Assembly (NCBI GenBank): GCA_043753995.1
Contig: JAYUVP010000025.1
Coordinates: 1-13,030 of the forward strand
Length of the DNA stretch: 13,030 nucleotides
Source: Fibrobacterota bacterium
GTDB lineage: Bacteria > Fibrobacterota > Fibrobacteria > UBA11236
Reading direction: 5' to 3'
The notes under the pieces: model-generated
Told to the model about the DNA's origin: nothing
Database searches by the model: none
The model's input: only the letters and a program-made list of their open reading frames with translations
Shown: positions 1-8,171 of the stretch, one piece after another
Layout of the letters: each line of letters begins with the position of its first letter
Numbering within the stretch: position 1 is the stretch's first letter
Translations under genes and position numbers: made by a program

Positions 1-1
1 A

Positions 2-91
2 TCGATTTGGTGGGTACCCTTTGGCATGTCGGTGTTATTGCTATTGGTCTTTGGACTTTTATTCCGCGATGAAAAAGCCATCGAAAGGTAA
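2..91 (+). CDS. 3' end (partial) of an MFS membrane transporter, probably nucleoside:H+ symporter (NupG/YegT-like)
   Basis: Frame 2 reads SIWWVPFGMSVLLLLVFGLLFRDEKAIER* (TAA 89-91). This is a last TM helix with the IW-x-VP...LF-R/K-D ending typical of nucleoside:H+ symporters. Only 29 aa are visible. Confidence 0.5.
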   Translation, partial: SIWWVPFGMSVLLLLVFGLLFRDEKAIER

Positions 92-101
92 GGGCTTCAC
101 T

Positions 102-866
102 TTACCCGGCCTTTTCCGCTTCGTCGCCACCTTCTTCAAAAGCATGGGCAATGGCCTGACGAAGAGCGAGGTTTTGTGATTCCCCGCAATGCCAATGTCC
201 GGCGTCGATTAAGAGGATTTGGTCGGCGAAATTCAGGGCTAAATCCAAATCGTGAGTGCTGATTACGGTGGCACAGCCTTGTTCTTGGGCCAATTCGCGC
301 GCCAGGCGAAAGACGAGGGAGCGCCCGGGCCGATCCAGAAAAGCCGTGGGCTCGTCGAGCAAGAGGACCTTGGCGGCTTGGGCCAAGGCGCGGGCCAAGA
401 GCAGCCTTTGCCTTTCTCCGTCGCTGAGTTCAGCGATGGGGCGATGGGCGAAACCTTCCGCCTTCACCCGCCGCAGTGCATTTTCGATGGCGTGGGAATC
501 GGTTTCGCCTAAGCGGCCATGCCAAGGCGTATGCGGTTGGCGGCCCAGGGCCACCAATTCCCAACCCGTGACTCCGGGAGACGATTCGCGAAGGGGTGTC
601 ACCCAGGCTAAACTTTGTGCAATTTGTCGCGGTGTCAGACGCAATATGTCTTGACCTTGAAGGTGCAGGCTACCCGCAAGAGGAGGCTGAAGACCGGCCC
701 AGGTTTTGAGCAAGGTGGATTTACCCGCGCCATTGCGACCTAGCAAGGCCGTGATTTTTCCCGGCTGCAGGGAACAGTTCAAAGGCATCATGCGCTTCTG
801 CGAAGTGGCGGTTTTCGAGGCATAGCCAATGACGAGGCCTTCGCATTCGAGCAGGGGAGAGCTCAT
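102..866 (-). CDS. ABC transporter ATP-binding subunit, cobalamin/iron-chelate type (BtuD/FecE-like)
   Basis: Walker A GRNGAGKS, signature LSDGERQR, Walker B LLLDEPTAFLD, H-loop STHDL. Start reassigned to ATG 866 (MSSPLLE), which overlaps the permease stop (ATGA at 863-866). Confidence 0.93.
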   Translation of the reverse strand: MSSPLLECEGLVIGYASKTATSQKRMMPLNCSLQPGKITALLGRNGAGKSTLLKTWAGLQPPLAGSLHLQGQDILRLTPRQIAQSLAWVTPLRESSPGVTGWELVALGRQPHTPWHGRLGETDSHAIENALRRVKAEGFAHRPIAELSDGERQRLLLARALAQAAKVLLLDEPTAFLDRPGRSLVFRLARELAQEQGCATVISTHDLDLALNFADQILLIDAGHWHCGESQNLALRQAIAHAFEEGGDEAEKAG

Positions 867-1903
867 GGTCGCTCCCTTCGCATAACAACAATCAGAATCA
901 CAGGAGCGCCTATCAAGGCGGTCAGGGCATTGATGGGCAAGACGCCACCGCGTCCCGGCCATTGCGTGACGGCATCGCAAAGCAAAAGCAAGGCGCTACC
1001 GAGTAGCATGCTGGCGGGCAAGACCAACCCGTGCGCCGTGCGTCGCATCAGACCCCTGGCCAAGTGAGGCACCATGAGGGCGAGAAAGGCGATGGGACCG
1101 CAAAATGCCGTGACCACGGCGGTGAGCAAGCTGGCAAGGAGCAGCAAGAAAAAACGCATTGGCCTCAGCTTGACGCCCAAGGCCCGCGCGGCATCTTCGC
1201 CTAAGGCTAAGGCATCGAGAGGTTTGGCGAGGGCCAAGGTCGCCAGAAGTAGCACCGAGGTTACGGGTAATAGAAAACCCAGGCGCTCAGGATCCACGGC
1301 GGACAAGCTGCCCAGTCCCCAGAAGGTGAAGGCGCGCAAGGCATCGGCTCCGCTCACCCATTGTAAAAGCCCAATACCGGCGGCGATGAGTTGACTGAGT
1401 AAAAGACCGGCGATAAGCAAGGTGGCCGACTGGCGCATACGTGCTGCGAGTATCATGATCAAAAACATGACGGCGAGCGATCCGGCTGCGGCCGCGCCTA
1501 CCGTGCCCCATATTCCGGTGGCCGCGAATAGCCAGGTCGATCCCCAAGCGGTTTGCGCCCCGAGTATGAGCAAGGCGACGCCGAGCGAAGCGCCTGCCGA
1601 GACGCCCAATTCCGAAGGGCTGGCCAAGGGATTGCGAAATAAGGCCTGCATCAAGGCCCCGGCCGCAGGCAAGGCCGCTCCTGCTGCGAGGGCGGTGAGC
1701 ACGCGCGGGAGGCGAAAGTCCAATAAGAGGTTCGCCAAAACCGGATCGGCGGGAAGCTTTCCGAGGCATAGGCGAAAGACATCGGCCCAGGTCACCGGCG
1801 CGCTACCGGAAACGAGATCGATACCCAAGGCCAAGAGGAGTAAGGCCGCCGCGAAAAGCAAACGCGGCCAGGCGGGGCGAGGTCTCAAGGATTGGATTTT
1901 CAC
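863..1903 (-). CDS. FecCD/BtuC-family ABC permease
   Basis: Highly hydrophobic. Motifs RLPRVL, MQALFRNPLASPSELGVSAGASLG, LGEDAARALG, GPIAFLALMVPHLAR, LPINALTALIGAP. GTG start. Confidence 0.93.
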   Translation of the reverse strand: MKIQSLRPRPAWPRLLFAAALLLLALGIDLVSGSAPVTWADVFRLCLGKLPADPVLANLLLDFRLPRVLTALAAGAALPAAGALMQALFRNPLASPSELGVSAGASLGVALLILGAQTAWGSTWLFAATGIWGTVGAAAAGSLAVMFLIMILAARMRQSATLLIAGLLLSQLIAAGIGLLQWVSGADALRAFTFWGLGSLSAVDPERLGFLLPVTSVLLLATLALAKPLDALALGEDAARALGVKLRPMRFFLLLLASLLTAVVTAFCGPIAFLALMVPHLARGLMRRTAHGLVLPASMLLGSALLLLCDAVTQWPGRGGVLPINALTALIGAPVILIVVMRRERP

Positions 1904-1918
1904 GCGCAGATTCGAATT

Positions 1919-3190
1919 TTAGCGGGCTGGAATTTTGCGCCAATAGTAAAGCGAGTCGTCGCGCCCGCGCGCCAGCTCCGCCAAATCGGCAAGCAAAAGC
2001 TCGGGATGCACCACGGCGCTTTCCCAATAATCATTGCCGCCGCCGGGTATGACGCGCGCCGAGGGAGAATAGACCTGTCCCTGGCGAAAAGCGGCGATGT
2101 GGGTATAGCGGCTGTCTTCATGAGCGGCGCTGGCGAGGCTGGTGAAGCTTCCAGGATTGATCCAGAGCTCGGCCTCGCGCGCACGCACGAGTACCGCCTC
2201 AGGGGAAAGGGGAAGGCTGCCTTCGGTGGTGTCCTGCGACCAAAGGTAGCTGAGGCCCGCATCGCGGGCCAGTTGGGCCGGATAGCTTCGCCCGCCTGGC
2301 ACATGCCATAGACCTTGCCATGGCGCGCCGCATAAGGCCGTGCGCTTGCGGGGCAAGGCTTGCAAAGTATCGCGCAAAGCGAGATAAGCCCGCTCCACTT
2401 GTTGGAAAAGCGAATCGGCGCGAGCGCTTTCCCCAAGGAAGGCGCCGAAGAATTTCACCCATTCGGCACGTCCCAGGGGATGGCTTTCCATCCACTCGCC
2501 GCCTTGAATGGCCGTCAGGCCAAGGCGGGCAAGGCGCGCGGAGCCGTCCAAGCCGGGATCCGCAGAACCAGCATGAAAGACGGCGTCGAGCTTCAAACCG
2601 GCGATCTTTTCCAAATCTAGGCTGCTGCCGTCGCCAACTTCCAGAACTTGTCCGCTATCGATGCGGGTGCGTAAATCGGGGTTAAAGAGATATCGCTTGG
2701 ACGAGACGGCGCGAATGCGATTCGCTTGACTGAGACTGTGCAAAAACGCGGAGTGCACACTAACCAAAGTGGCCACAGTCCGCAAGGGAATGTCGACGTT
2801 TACGGTGTCGCCTTTGCCATAAGCACGGTAGCCATGCTCCGAAGTGCTGCCGCGCGGGCGTAGCACATAGGTGACGGCCTCGCCGCGGTTACGCCAGGGC
2901 TCCAGCACGGTCAGATGCAAGAGGCCGTCGCGGCAGGAGGCCTTAAAGCGCTTGGCCCAGTGTAGCTGCGGGGCTTGACAGGACGGGTTGGCAGCGGGGG
3001 ATAGCGAGTCGCTCGACGAGAGGTGAGGGGCGAGAGCTTGCGTCGCCAGTTTCGCTGGCGAGGGCTTTAAATCCGAAGGGTCGGATTTGCGGCAGCCGAA
3101 TAAGGCCGCCGAGGCGAGCAGGGCTAAAGGGGCTACAAAGGCGCCAACGCAAGGCCTACCGGGCAGGCCCGCGAACCGAATTCCGAACAT
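1919..3190 (-). CDS. Substrate-binding lipoprotein, helical-backbone (TroA-like) BtuF-type, probably corrinoid-binding
   Basis: Lipobox ALFG-C and a Ser/Pro linker. Motifs DLEKIAGLKLD, EWMESHPLGRAEWVKFFG, GGNDYWESAVVHPELLLADL match the longer BtuF-like SBPs of FCB-group B12/iron ABC operons. The substrate is inferred from context. Confidence 0.85.
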   Translation of the reverse strand: MFGIRFAGLPGRPCVGAFVAPLALLASAALFGCRKSDPSDLKPSPAKLATQALAPHLSSSDSLSPAANPSCQAPQLHWAKRFKASCRDGLLHLTVLEPWRNRGEAVTYVLRPRGSTSEHGYRAYGKGDTVNVDIPLRTVATLVSVHSAFLHSLSQANRIRAVSSKRYLFNPDLRTRIDSGQVLEVGDGSSLDLEKIAGLKLDAVFHAGSADPGLDGSARLARLGLTAIQGGEWMESHPLGRAEWVKFFGAFLGESARADSLFQQVERAYLALRDTLQALPRKRTALCGAPWQGLWHVPGGRSYPAQLARDAGLSYLWSQDTTEGSLPLSPEAVLVRAREAELWINPGSFTSLASAAHEDSRYTHIAAFRQGQVYSPSARVIPGGGNDYWESAVVHPELLLADLAELARGRDDSLYYWRKIPAR

Positions 3191-3197
3191 CTGATTA

Positions 3198-3213
3198 AGG
3201 GCGCCGGCGCCCT
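3198..3213. repeat. Perfect 16-bp palindrome AGGGCGCCGGCGCCCT between the OM barrel stop and the SBP start
   Basis: Read directly from the sequence. It overlaps the barrel's TAG and fills most of the 21-nt gap. Confidence 0.8.
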
Positions 3214-4459
3214 AAGGCAAATGAAGGCCGACGGAAACGGCATAAACCCAGGTGTCTTTTTCAAGATCAATCGGGCCCAAGCTTGCGTTATCGACATGAT
3301 CGTCATAGGTGCCGGAATAGGCGAGGCTGAGATTAACAGCCAGCTTGGGGATAGGCTTCCAATGCGTACCGCCACCCAGGGTATAACCGTCGAGTGCCGG
3401 GCTTTCCGCCGAATACGTCGCGGAATTTGCTCCTGCCATGGTGGCCATGCCTCCTAGGCTAAAGCTGAGATAGCCGGGACAGGGGGATATTTCCAAACCA
3501 ATAGCCGACTCCAGGCCATCTTCGACTTTGTCTTCGGTGCCTGCCCAATCCGCTATGGTTTGCCAATAAAATGTTTCGGCGACATCGATGCGCAAATAGG
3601 GATTGACAGTATAACCGACACCTAAGGCCGCGACGGGTGGCAAATCATGCTGAAAGGTTTCGCCCTTGCTCTTGAGCCTGCCACGCAATTGCGCTCCATA
3701 GCCAGCCGCCGCTTGGGCATTCATGGCTCGGTCGAGATTCAAATTCGATTTTTGCACTTCCCATTCGAGCTTGGCGATATTCTCATAACGCAATCCAATA
3801 TCGAGTCCGGCGACGGGCTTCAAATGCACGCCGAAAAGCAAGGTCGGGGCATTGGCTGTTTCTTCATGATCGATCAGGGATTCACCACGGGCTTCGGCTT
3901 TAATTTGCGTTGAGGCAAGGATCCAGCGGCCAGCTAGCGATACGGAAACCCAATCCTTGAGTGCATAGGATCCGCCGAAGGTCGCGGCCCAATAAAGCGA
4001 GCTCAATTGCAAATCGGGTGCGGTCCCCGGATTGGCTGTGCTTAATGCGGCAACCAAGGGGAAAACCGTTACCGAACCTTTGTCATAGTGCAAATTGCCG
4101 CCACCGCCGACCAGAGTCCCCGATGCGAAGGCCGCCCACTTTTCCTTTTGCCATACAGCAAATGCCGTCGGCAAAAAGGGCGAGGTGAGATCGGAAGCGA
4201 ATTCGAATTTATCGGTTCGATTGACATTGTGCTTGGTCAAGGTCTGATTGTCGATTTCGATATGCAGGCCGGGCGCAATGTAAGCGAGGCCAGCAGGATC
4301 ATAAGCAGCGGCATCGGGCTGACGTGTGTCGGCATTGCGTGCTAGTTGCCGCAAATAAGCCGCACTGAAATTGCTGCGATTATCAATCACGCCTGACCAT
4401 ATCGTCGGGGCCAAGGACAAAGCGATTGCCGCTGTGGGAAAGATTTTACGGGAGAGCAT
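3212..4459 (-). CDS. OmpP1/FadL/TodX-family outer-membrane beta-barrel transporter
   Basis: Start at ATG 4459 after the SD GAGGAGG (4472-4466). Sec signal MLSRKIFPTAAIALSLAPTIWS, hatch-like SNFSAAYLRQLARNA...DAAAYDPAGL, GGGG loop, alternating beta-strand pattern, ending WVYAVSVGLHLP. Confidence 0.8.
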   Translation of the reverse strand: MLSRKIFPTAAIALSLAPTIWSGVIDNRSNFSAAYLRQLARNADTRQPDAAAYDPAGLAYIAPGLHIEIDNQTLTKHNVNRTDKFEFASDLTSPFLPTAFAVWQKEKWAAFASGTLVGGGGNLHYDKGSVTVFPLVAALSTANPGTAPDLQLSSLYWAATFGGSYALKDWVSVSLAGRWILASTQIKAEARGESLIDHEETANAPTLLFGVHLKPVAGLDIGLRYENIAKLEWEVQKSNLNLDRAMNAQAAAGYGAQLRGRLKSKGETFQHDLPPVAALGVGYTVNPYLRIDVAETFYWQTIADWAGTEDKVEDGLESAIGLEISPCPGYLSFSLGGMATMAGANSATYSAESPALDGYTLGGGTHWKPIPKLAVNLSLAYSGTYDDHVDNASLGPIDLEKDTWVYAVSVGLHLP

Positions 4460-4637
4460 AGCATTCCTCCTCGCAGCTACCGTCGCATGCACATGACCCG
4501 AAACCAGCGGATGAAGGCAAGGCGATCGGCGCCGAGTGCGGTGAAAAGTAATACTCTGCATGTTGCTAGATTAGCCGCCCACATTAAATGTCGTTCGGCG
4601 CGGTGAATGCGCTTCGACATATCGTGGAGGCGGCATC

Positions 4638-5912
4638 ATGCTCCGTGTAACGAACCGCATTATTGTGACCAGTCTTGGCGCCATGGCTATGCTATGGCTT
4701 TCGGGTTGCTTTGAGGCAACCGATGACAATTACACCCTGCCGCATCGTAAATACGTCGCCATGGGCAATAGCCTCACGGCTGGCTTTCAAAGCAGCGGCT
4801 TGTCGGAAGAGTTTCAAGTTTCAAGTTATCCTGCCTTGCTGGCCCAGGCCATGGGTGACTTGGATTTTCAGCAGCCCCTGATTGAAAAGCCCGGCATTGC
4901 GAGCTCGCGGGACTCCGCTGGCAATCCGCGAGGGGTATTGACTCTCGATGTCATCAATAAAACCTTGGTCTATGGTAAGGTGACCAAGGACCCCAAGGCC
5001 ATGCTGCTCAATTCCACCCTGCCGCGTCCCTATGGCAATTTGGGTGTTCCTGGTGCCATGACCGTGGACGTTTTGAATGCGAGCACGGCCACCACGGCAT
5101 ACAGTTATATCGCAATCAAGGAACCGAATCCTTATTTCGATATGGTATTGCGCGGTGGGACTTTGATGAATGGCACCTCCATGCTGGCGCAAACCATTGC
5201 CCAGCAGCCCGAAATCATCACCTTGGAAATCGGCAACAATGACGTTTTAGGTGGTGTTACCAATGGCACGGTCATCCTCGGTGCCACGGTCACCCAGCCA
5301 GCGGTTTTTCAAGGCTTGATCACTAAAATCGTCGACTCTTTGCTTTCCTCCACCCATGCAAAAATCTTTCTCGGCAATATTCCCAATGTGACCACCATTC
5401 CCTATGTCACCGCGATTCCTTCGGTCATGGTGGACGCGGCCTTCAAGGAGGTAATGGATACGGCAGGAAAACCCATGCCTTGGTATTCGGAAGAGGACAG
5501 CGTGCAGCAAGTCCTCTTTCCCGCCTTGGCTTTGATTATGGGCAAGGAAGGTTATGGTATACCCGGGCTCAAGAAGATTCCCGCCAAATACACTCTGACA
5601 ACAAAAGAAGCGAAAGACGCCGATGTGGCAGTCAATGGCTACAATGCCGCTCTTGATGCCTTGGCTAAAGCCCATTCGGATCGCGTGGTATTGGTCGATG
5701 TCAATGGCTTATTGAAACAGTTGAAGGAGACGGGAGTCAATGGGCTAGGCTCGAAGCATCCTTTGATTCAGATTTTGACTGAGGGCAAAAATACCTCGGC
5801 CTTCAGCTATGACGGCATTCATCCCAATACCAAAGGCTATAAAGAGGTGGCGAAATTATTTCTGGCCGCAATCAATAAAAGCCTGAACACGACCTATACC
5901 CTGCCGAATTAA
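4638..5912 (+). CDS. SGNH/GDSL-family lipolytic hydrolase, lipoprotein
   Basis: SD GGAGG at 4626-4630 and lipobox LSG-C. Block I YVAMGNSLTAG, block II NLGVPGA, block III IGNNDVLG, block V DGIHPN, so all four SGNH catalytic blocks are present. Confidence 0.9.
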   Translation: MLRVTNRIIVTSLGAMAMLWLSGCFEATDDNYTLPHRKYVAMGNSLTAGFQSSGLSEEFQVSSYPALLAQAMGDLDFQQPLIEKPGIASSRDSAGNPRGVLTLDVINKTLVYGKVTKDPKAMLLNSTLPRPYGNLGVPGAMTVDVLNASTATTAYSYIAIKEPNPYFDMVLRGGTLMNGTSMLAQTIAQQPEIITLEIGNNDVLGGVTNGTVILGATVTQPAVFQGLITKIVDSLLSSTHAKIFLGNIPNVTTIPYVTAIPSVMVDAAFKEVMDTAGKPMPWYSEEDSVQQVLFPALALIMGKEGYGIPGLKKIPAKYTLTTKEAKDADVAVNGYNAALDALAKAHSDRVVLVDVNGLLKQLKETGVNGLGSKHPLIQILTEGKNTSAFSYDGIHPNTKGYKEVAKLFLAAINKSLNTTYTLPN

Positions 5913-6928
5913 AATCGTTGAGCGGCCCAGGCCACCAGGCCTAGGCTTGCCGTGAAGAGTAAGGTAGCAGCGATGGCTAACTTGGCAATACGCTGCAAGT
6001 CTTTCGCCTCGCCTGCCTCGGGATCTTGCGCATCTCCAATCCATAATTCAGTGACCAAGGTCCCGTTTTTCCAAACGGGGCCGATGAGTCTTCTTTGCAA
6101 TGCCCCTGCGGCGGTAGCCTCGGCCCATCCCGGATTCGGACCGGGAAGCAAATGATGTTGCTGTCTTCCGATGCGCCAAGCCTTGCGGCCCGAAAAGCCG
6201 GGCAATAAAAACCCCAGCGCGACGAAGAGCAAAAAGGTGATTCTCGCCGGAAGCCAGCAAAGCCAGTCGTCAAGCCGAGCTCCGAACCAGCCAAAGCGTA
6301 AATAGCGCTCATTGCGATAGCCTACCATGCTGTCCATAGTGCTGGCGATTTTGAATAGGATAAGCCCAGGTAGGCCTCCCAGGAAAAGCCAGAACATGGG
6401 AGCAAGGACACCGTCCGTCAAATTTTCAGCCACGCTTTCGATGGCTGCGCGACGGCAGGCAGTGGCATCTAAGTGGTCGGTGTCGCGTCCCACCAGCATG
6501 CCGACGGCCTTTCGTGCTGAAGCAATATTTCCTTGATTGGCGGCGAGATTCACGCGTGCGGCATGGGCCAGCAAATCACGTAAGGCGAAAAGGCTATAGG
6601 CGAGAAAAGCATCGACTATCCAGCGGGGAGAAAAACCTATCGATCCCAGAGGCCATAGCTCCGAAACTTGAAGCTTGTCGCAAATCCAAATGCACAAGCC
6701 ATAAGGTCCAAGAGTTGCGACGGCGAGCACAAGAAATAAAAGTATGCCGCCGCCATAGCCCTGCGCGCCCAAGGCTCGCAAGCGGTTTTCCGCGGCGGTC
6801 AATAGGCGACCCATCAACCGAATGGGATGCCAAGCATAAACCGGATCGCCGAAGAGGGCGTCCAGCATCAATCCAGCCAGAATAATGAAGAAATGATAGG
6901 GCAGGCTGGAGAGCCAGGTCGAAATCAT
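5909..6928 (-). CDS. cbiB: Adenosylcobinamide-phosphate synthase CbiB (CobD/CbiB family)
   Basis: LDALFGDP..HPIRLMG, LVGRDT, AAIESVAENLTDGVLAPMFW, STMDSMVGYRNERYLRFGWFGARLDD, PNPGWAEA. Membrane protein. Confidence 0.95.
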   Translation of the reverse strand: MISTWLSSLPYHFFIILAGLMLDALFGDPVYAWHPIRLMGRLLTAAENRLRALGAQGYGGGILLFLVLAVATLGPYGLCIWICDKLQVSELWPLGSIGFSPRWIVDAFLAYSLFALRDLLAHAARVNLAANQGNIASARKAVGMLVGRDTDHLDATACRRAAIESVAENLTDGVLAPMFWLFLGGLPGLILFKIASTMDSMVGYRNERYLRFGWFGARLDDWLCWLPARITFLLFVALGFLLPGFSGRKAWRIGRQQHHLLPGPNPGWAEATAAGALQRRLIGPVWKNGTLVTELWIGDAQDPEAGEAKDLQRIAKLAIAATLLFTASLGLVAWAAQRF

Positions 6929-6958
6929 GATTGCTTTATCCGAGCGCTTGCTTCGAAG

Positions 6959-8158
6959 CTATTGCCATTTCGCAGCAAGGCCCAAGGCCAGGGCTTTGAG
7001 AATCAAAGGTTTGGTTTGTGTGGCTAAAGGTGCCAATTCGCTGCGCCATTGGATATCCTGCGCATGGCTTTGGGATCCCGCGTCACTAGAAATTGCGGCA
7101 ATATAGCGAGTCAATAAAATGGCTTGCTCCAGGCGCAATTCGGGCAATAGCGAAGCGGGTAAGGTACCGTAACGTGCGCGTTCTTCTAGGGACCGTAGCG
7201 CATAGATTTGCGCCGTCGCGCGGGGATGATGCATTAAGGCCTCGAAATTGCGCTGCAATAATTCGGCGCCTGCAGGCGAAAGCAAGGCGGGTAATTCCTC
7301 GCGTAAAACCGTCTCCGTAAGGCCCAGGCTGCGTCCCGCCCAAGCCAGGTTACGAGTAAGCGAAGGTTCCAAGCCATTTTGCCACCGCAAGGTTTCGCGC
7401 AAAGCCCTCATCATGGCGCGAGAGGTGATTTCACCGGTCTTGGTGTGATGGCCGCTCCAAGTGATTTCGCTTTCGCCATCGAGAGCGAGTGGCGCGGCAA
7501 GGATGAATTGATCGGTTCCTGTTCCGGTGGCTGTCTCTGAGCTTTGCAGGCTGGGCACGGCCAATTCCTGCATGACGGCCGCCTTGGCCTCAGTCATGGA
7601 AATCACGGCGCGCATCATGGCTGCGGAACTGAGCGGGCGGCTGAAAAGCATCATGGCATTGATGGTGCCGGGCTCCAAGGCGGGATGCGCCTCCGTGCCT
7701 TCGGTCTTGACTTCCTTGGCTTGCGCCGCTACCCATTGACCCTCGCTTTCATGCCAGCGAGCCGGGTCTCCCGCGCGAGCGGCATTGCCCCGCACGCCTC
7801 CGGTTAACAGGGCCGTTACCGATAAATCTTCCCAGCTTTCGGTGGCGAGGGCGACATAATCCATAGAAGCCGCCGTGCCCATCAGGGCTGTGCTTTCTGG
7901 CGGTAGCCCTGCATCGGAGCAAGCGATGGCGTGATATTCCTGCGGGGAGTATTTATGCAGGGACTCTTCGCGACCGAGATGGCCCGAACCTTCGCAGCTT
8001 TGATGATTGGCGAGGTAGGTGAGACCTTCTTGCTGGCCCCCGAGCGCATGCGATGTGGAAAAAACTCGATGCGGGTGAATCAAGTTGGCGATGAGAAAAC
8101 GTCCTTGGCGTTTCACCACCGCGCAATCGGATTGGAAAAGAGGAGGCGGATGCGGCAT
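6959..8158 (-). CDS. cbiZ: Adenosylcobinamide amidohydrolase CbiZ (long form, about 400 aa)
   Basis: NHQSCE, LMGTAASM, TGGVRGNAARAGDP, PGTIN, TEAKAAVMQEL, ATGTGTD, GHHTKTGE, and adjacency to cbiB. Start placed at ATG 8158 because the ORF-track extension runs through a palindromic non-coding region. Confidence 0.88.
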   Translation of the reverse strand: MPHPPPLFQSDCAVVKRQGRFLIANLIHPHRVFSTSHALGGQQEGLTYLANHQSCEGSGHLGREESLHKYSPQEYHAIACSDAGLPPESTALMGTAASMDYVALATESWEDLSVTALLTGGVRGNAARAGDPARWHESEGQWVAAQAKEVKTEGTEAHPALEPGTINAMMLFSRPLSSAAMMRAVISMTEAKAAVMQELAVPSLQSSETATGTGTDQFILAAPLALDGESEITWSGHHTKTGEITSRAMMRALRETLRWQNGLEPSLTRNLAWAGRSLGLTETVLREELPALLSPAGAELLQRNFEALMHHPRATAQIYALRSLEERARYGTLPASLLPELRLEQAILLTRYIAAISSDAGSQSHAQDIQWRSELAPLATQTKPLILKALALGLAAKWQ

Positions 8159-8163
8159 CACTG

Positions 8164-8171
8164 CAAAGATA
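8164..8171 (-). promoter_or_regulatory. Putative -10 element TATCTT(TG) 7 nt before the cbiZ ATG (leaderless-type promoter)
   Basis: Minus strand reads TATCTT-TGCAGTG-ATG with no SD. It also fits the TAnnTTTG motif of Bacteroidota-type promoters. Confidence 0.45.

Noticed and set aside
867..980. N-terminal extension of the ABC ATPase in the ORF track
   Set aside because: It overlaps the permease. ATG 866 gives a typical ATGA coupling and a normal domain start.
102..3190. Assigning gene symbols btuF/btuC/btuD
   Set aside because: The same families transport heme and siderophores. B12 specificity is only inferred from the neighbouring cbiB/cbiZ.
4460..4561. N-terminal extension of the OM barrel
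   Set aside because: A strong SD and a signal peptide begin at ATG 4459.
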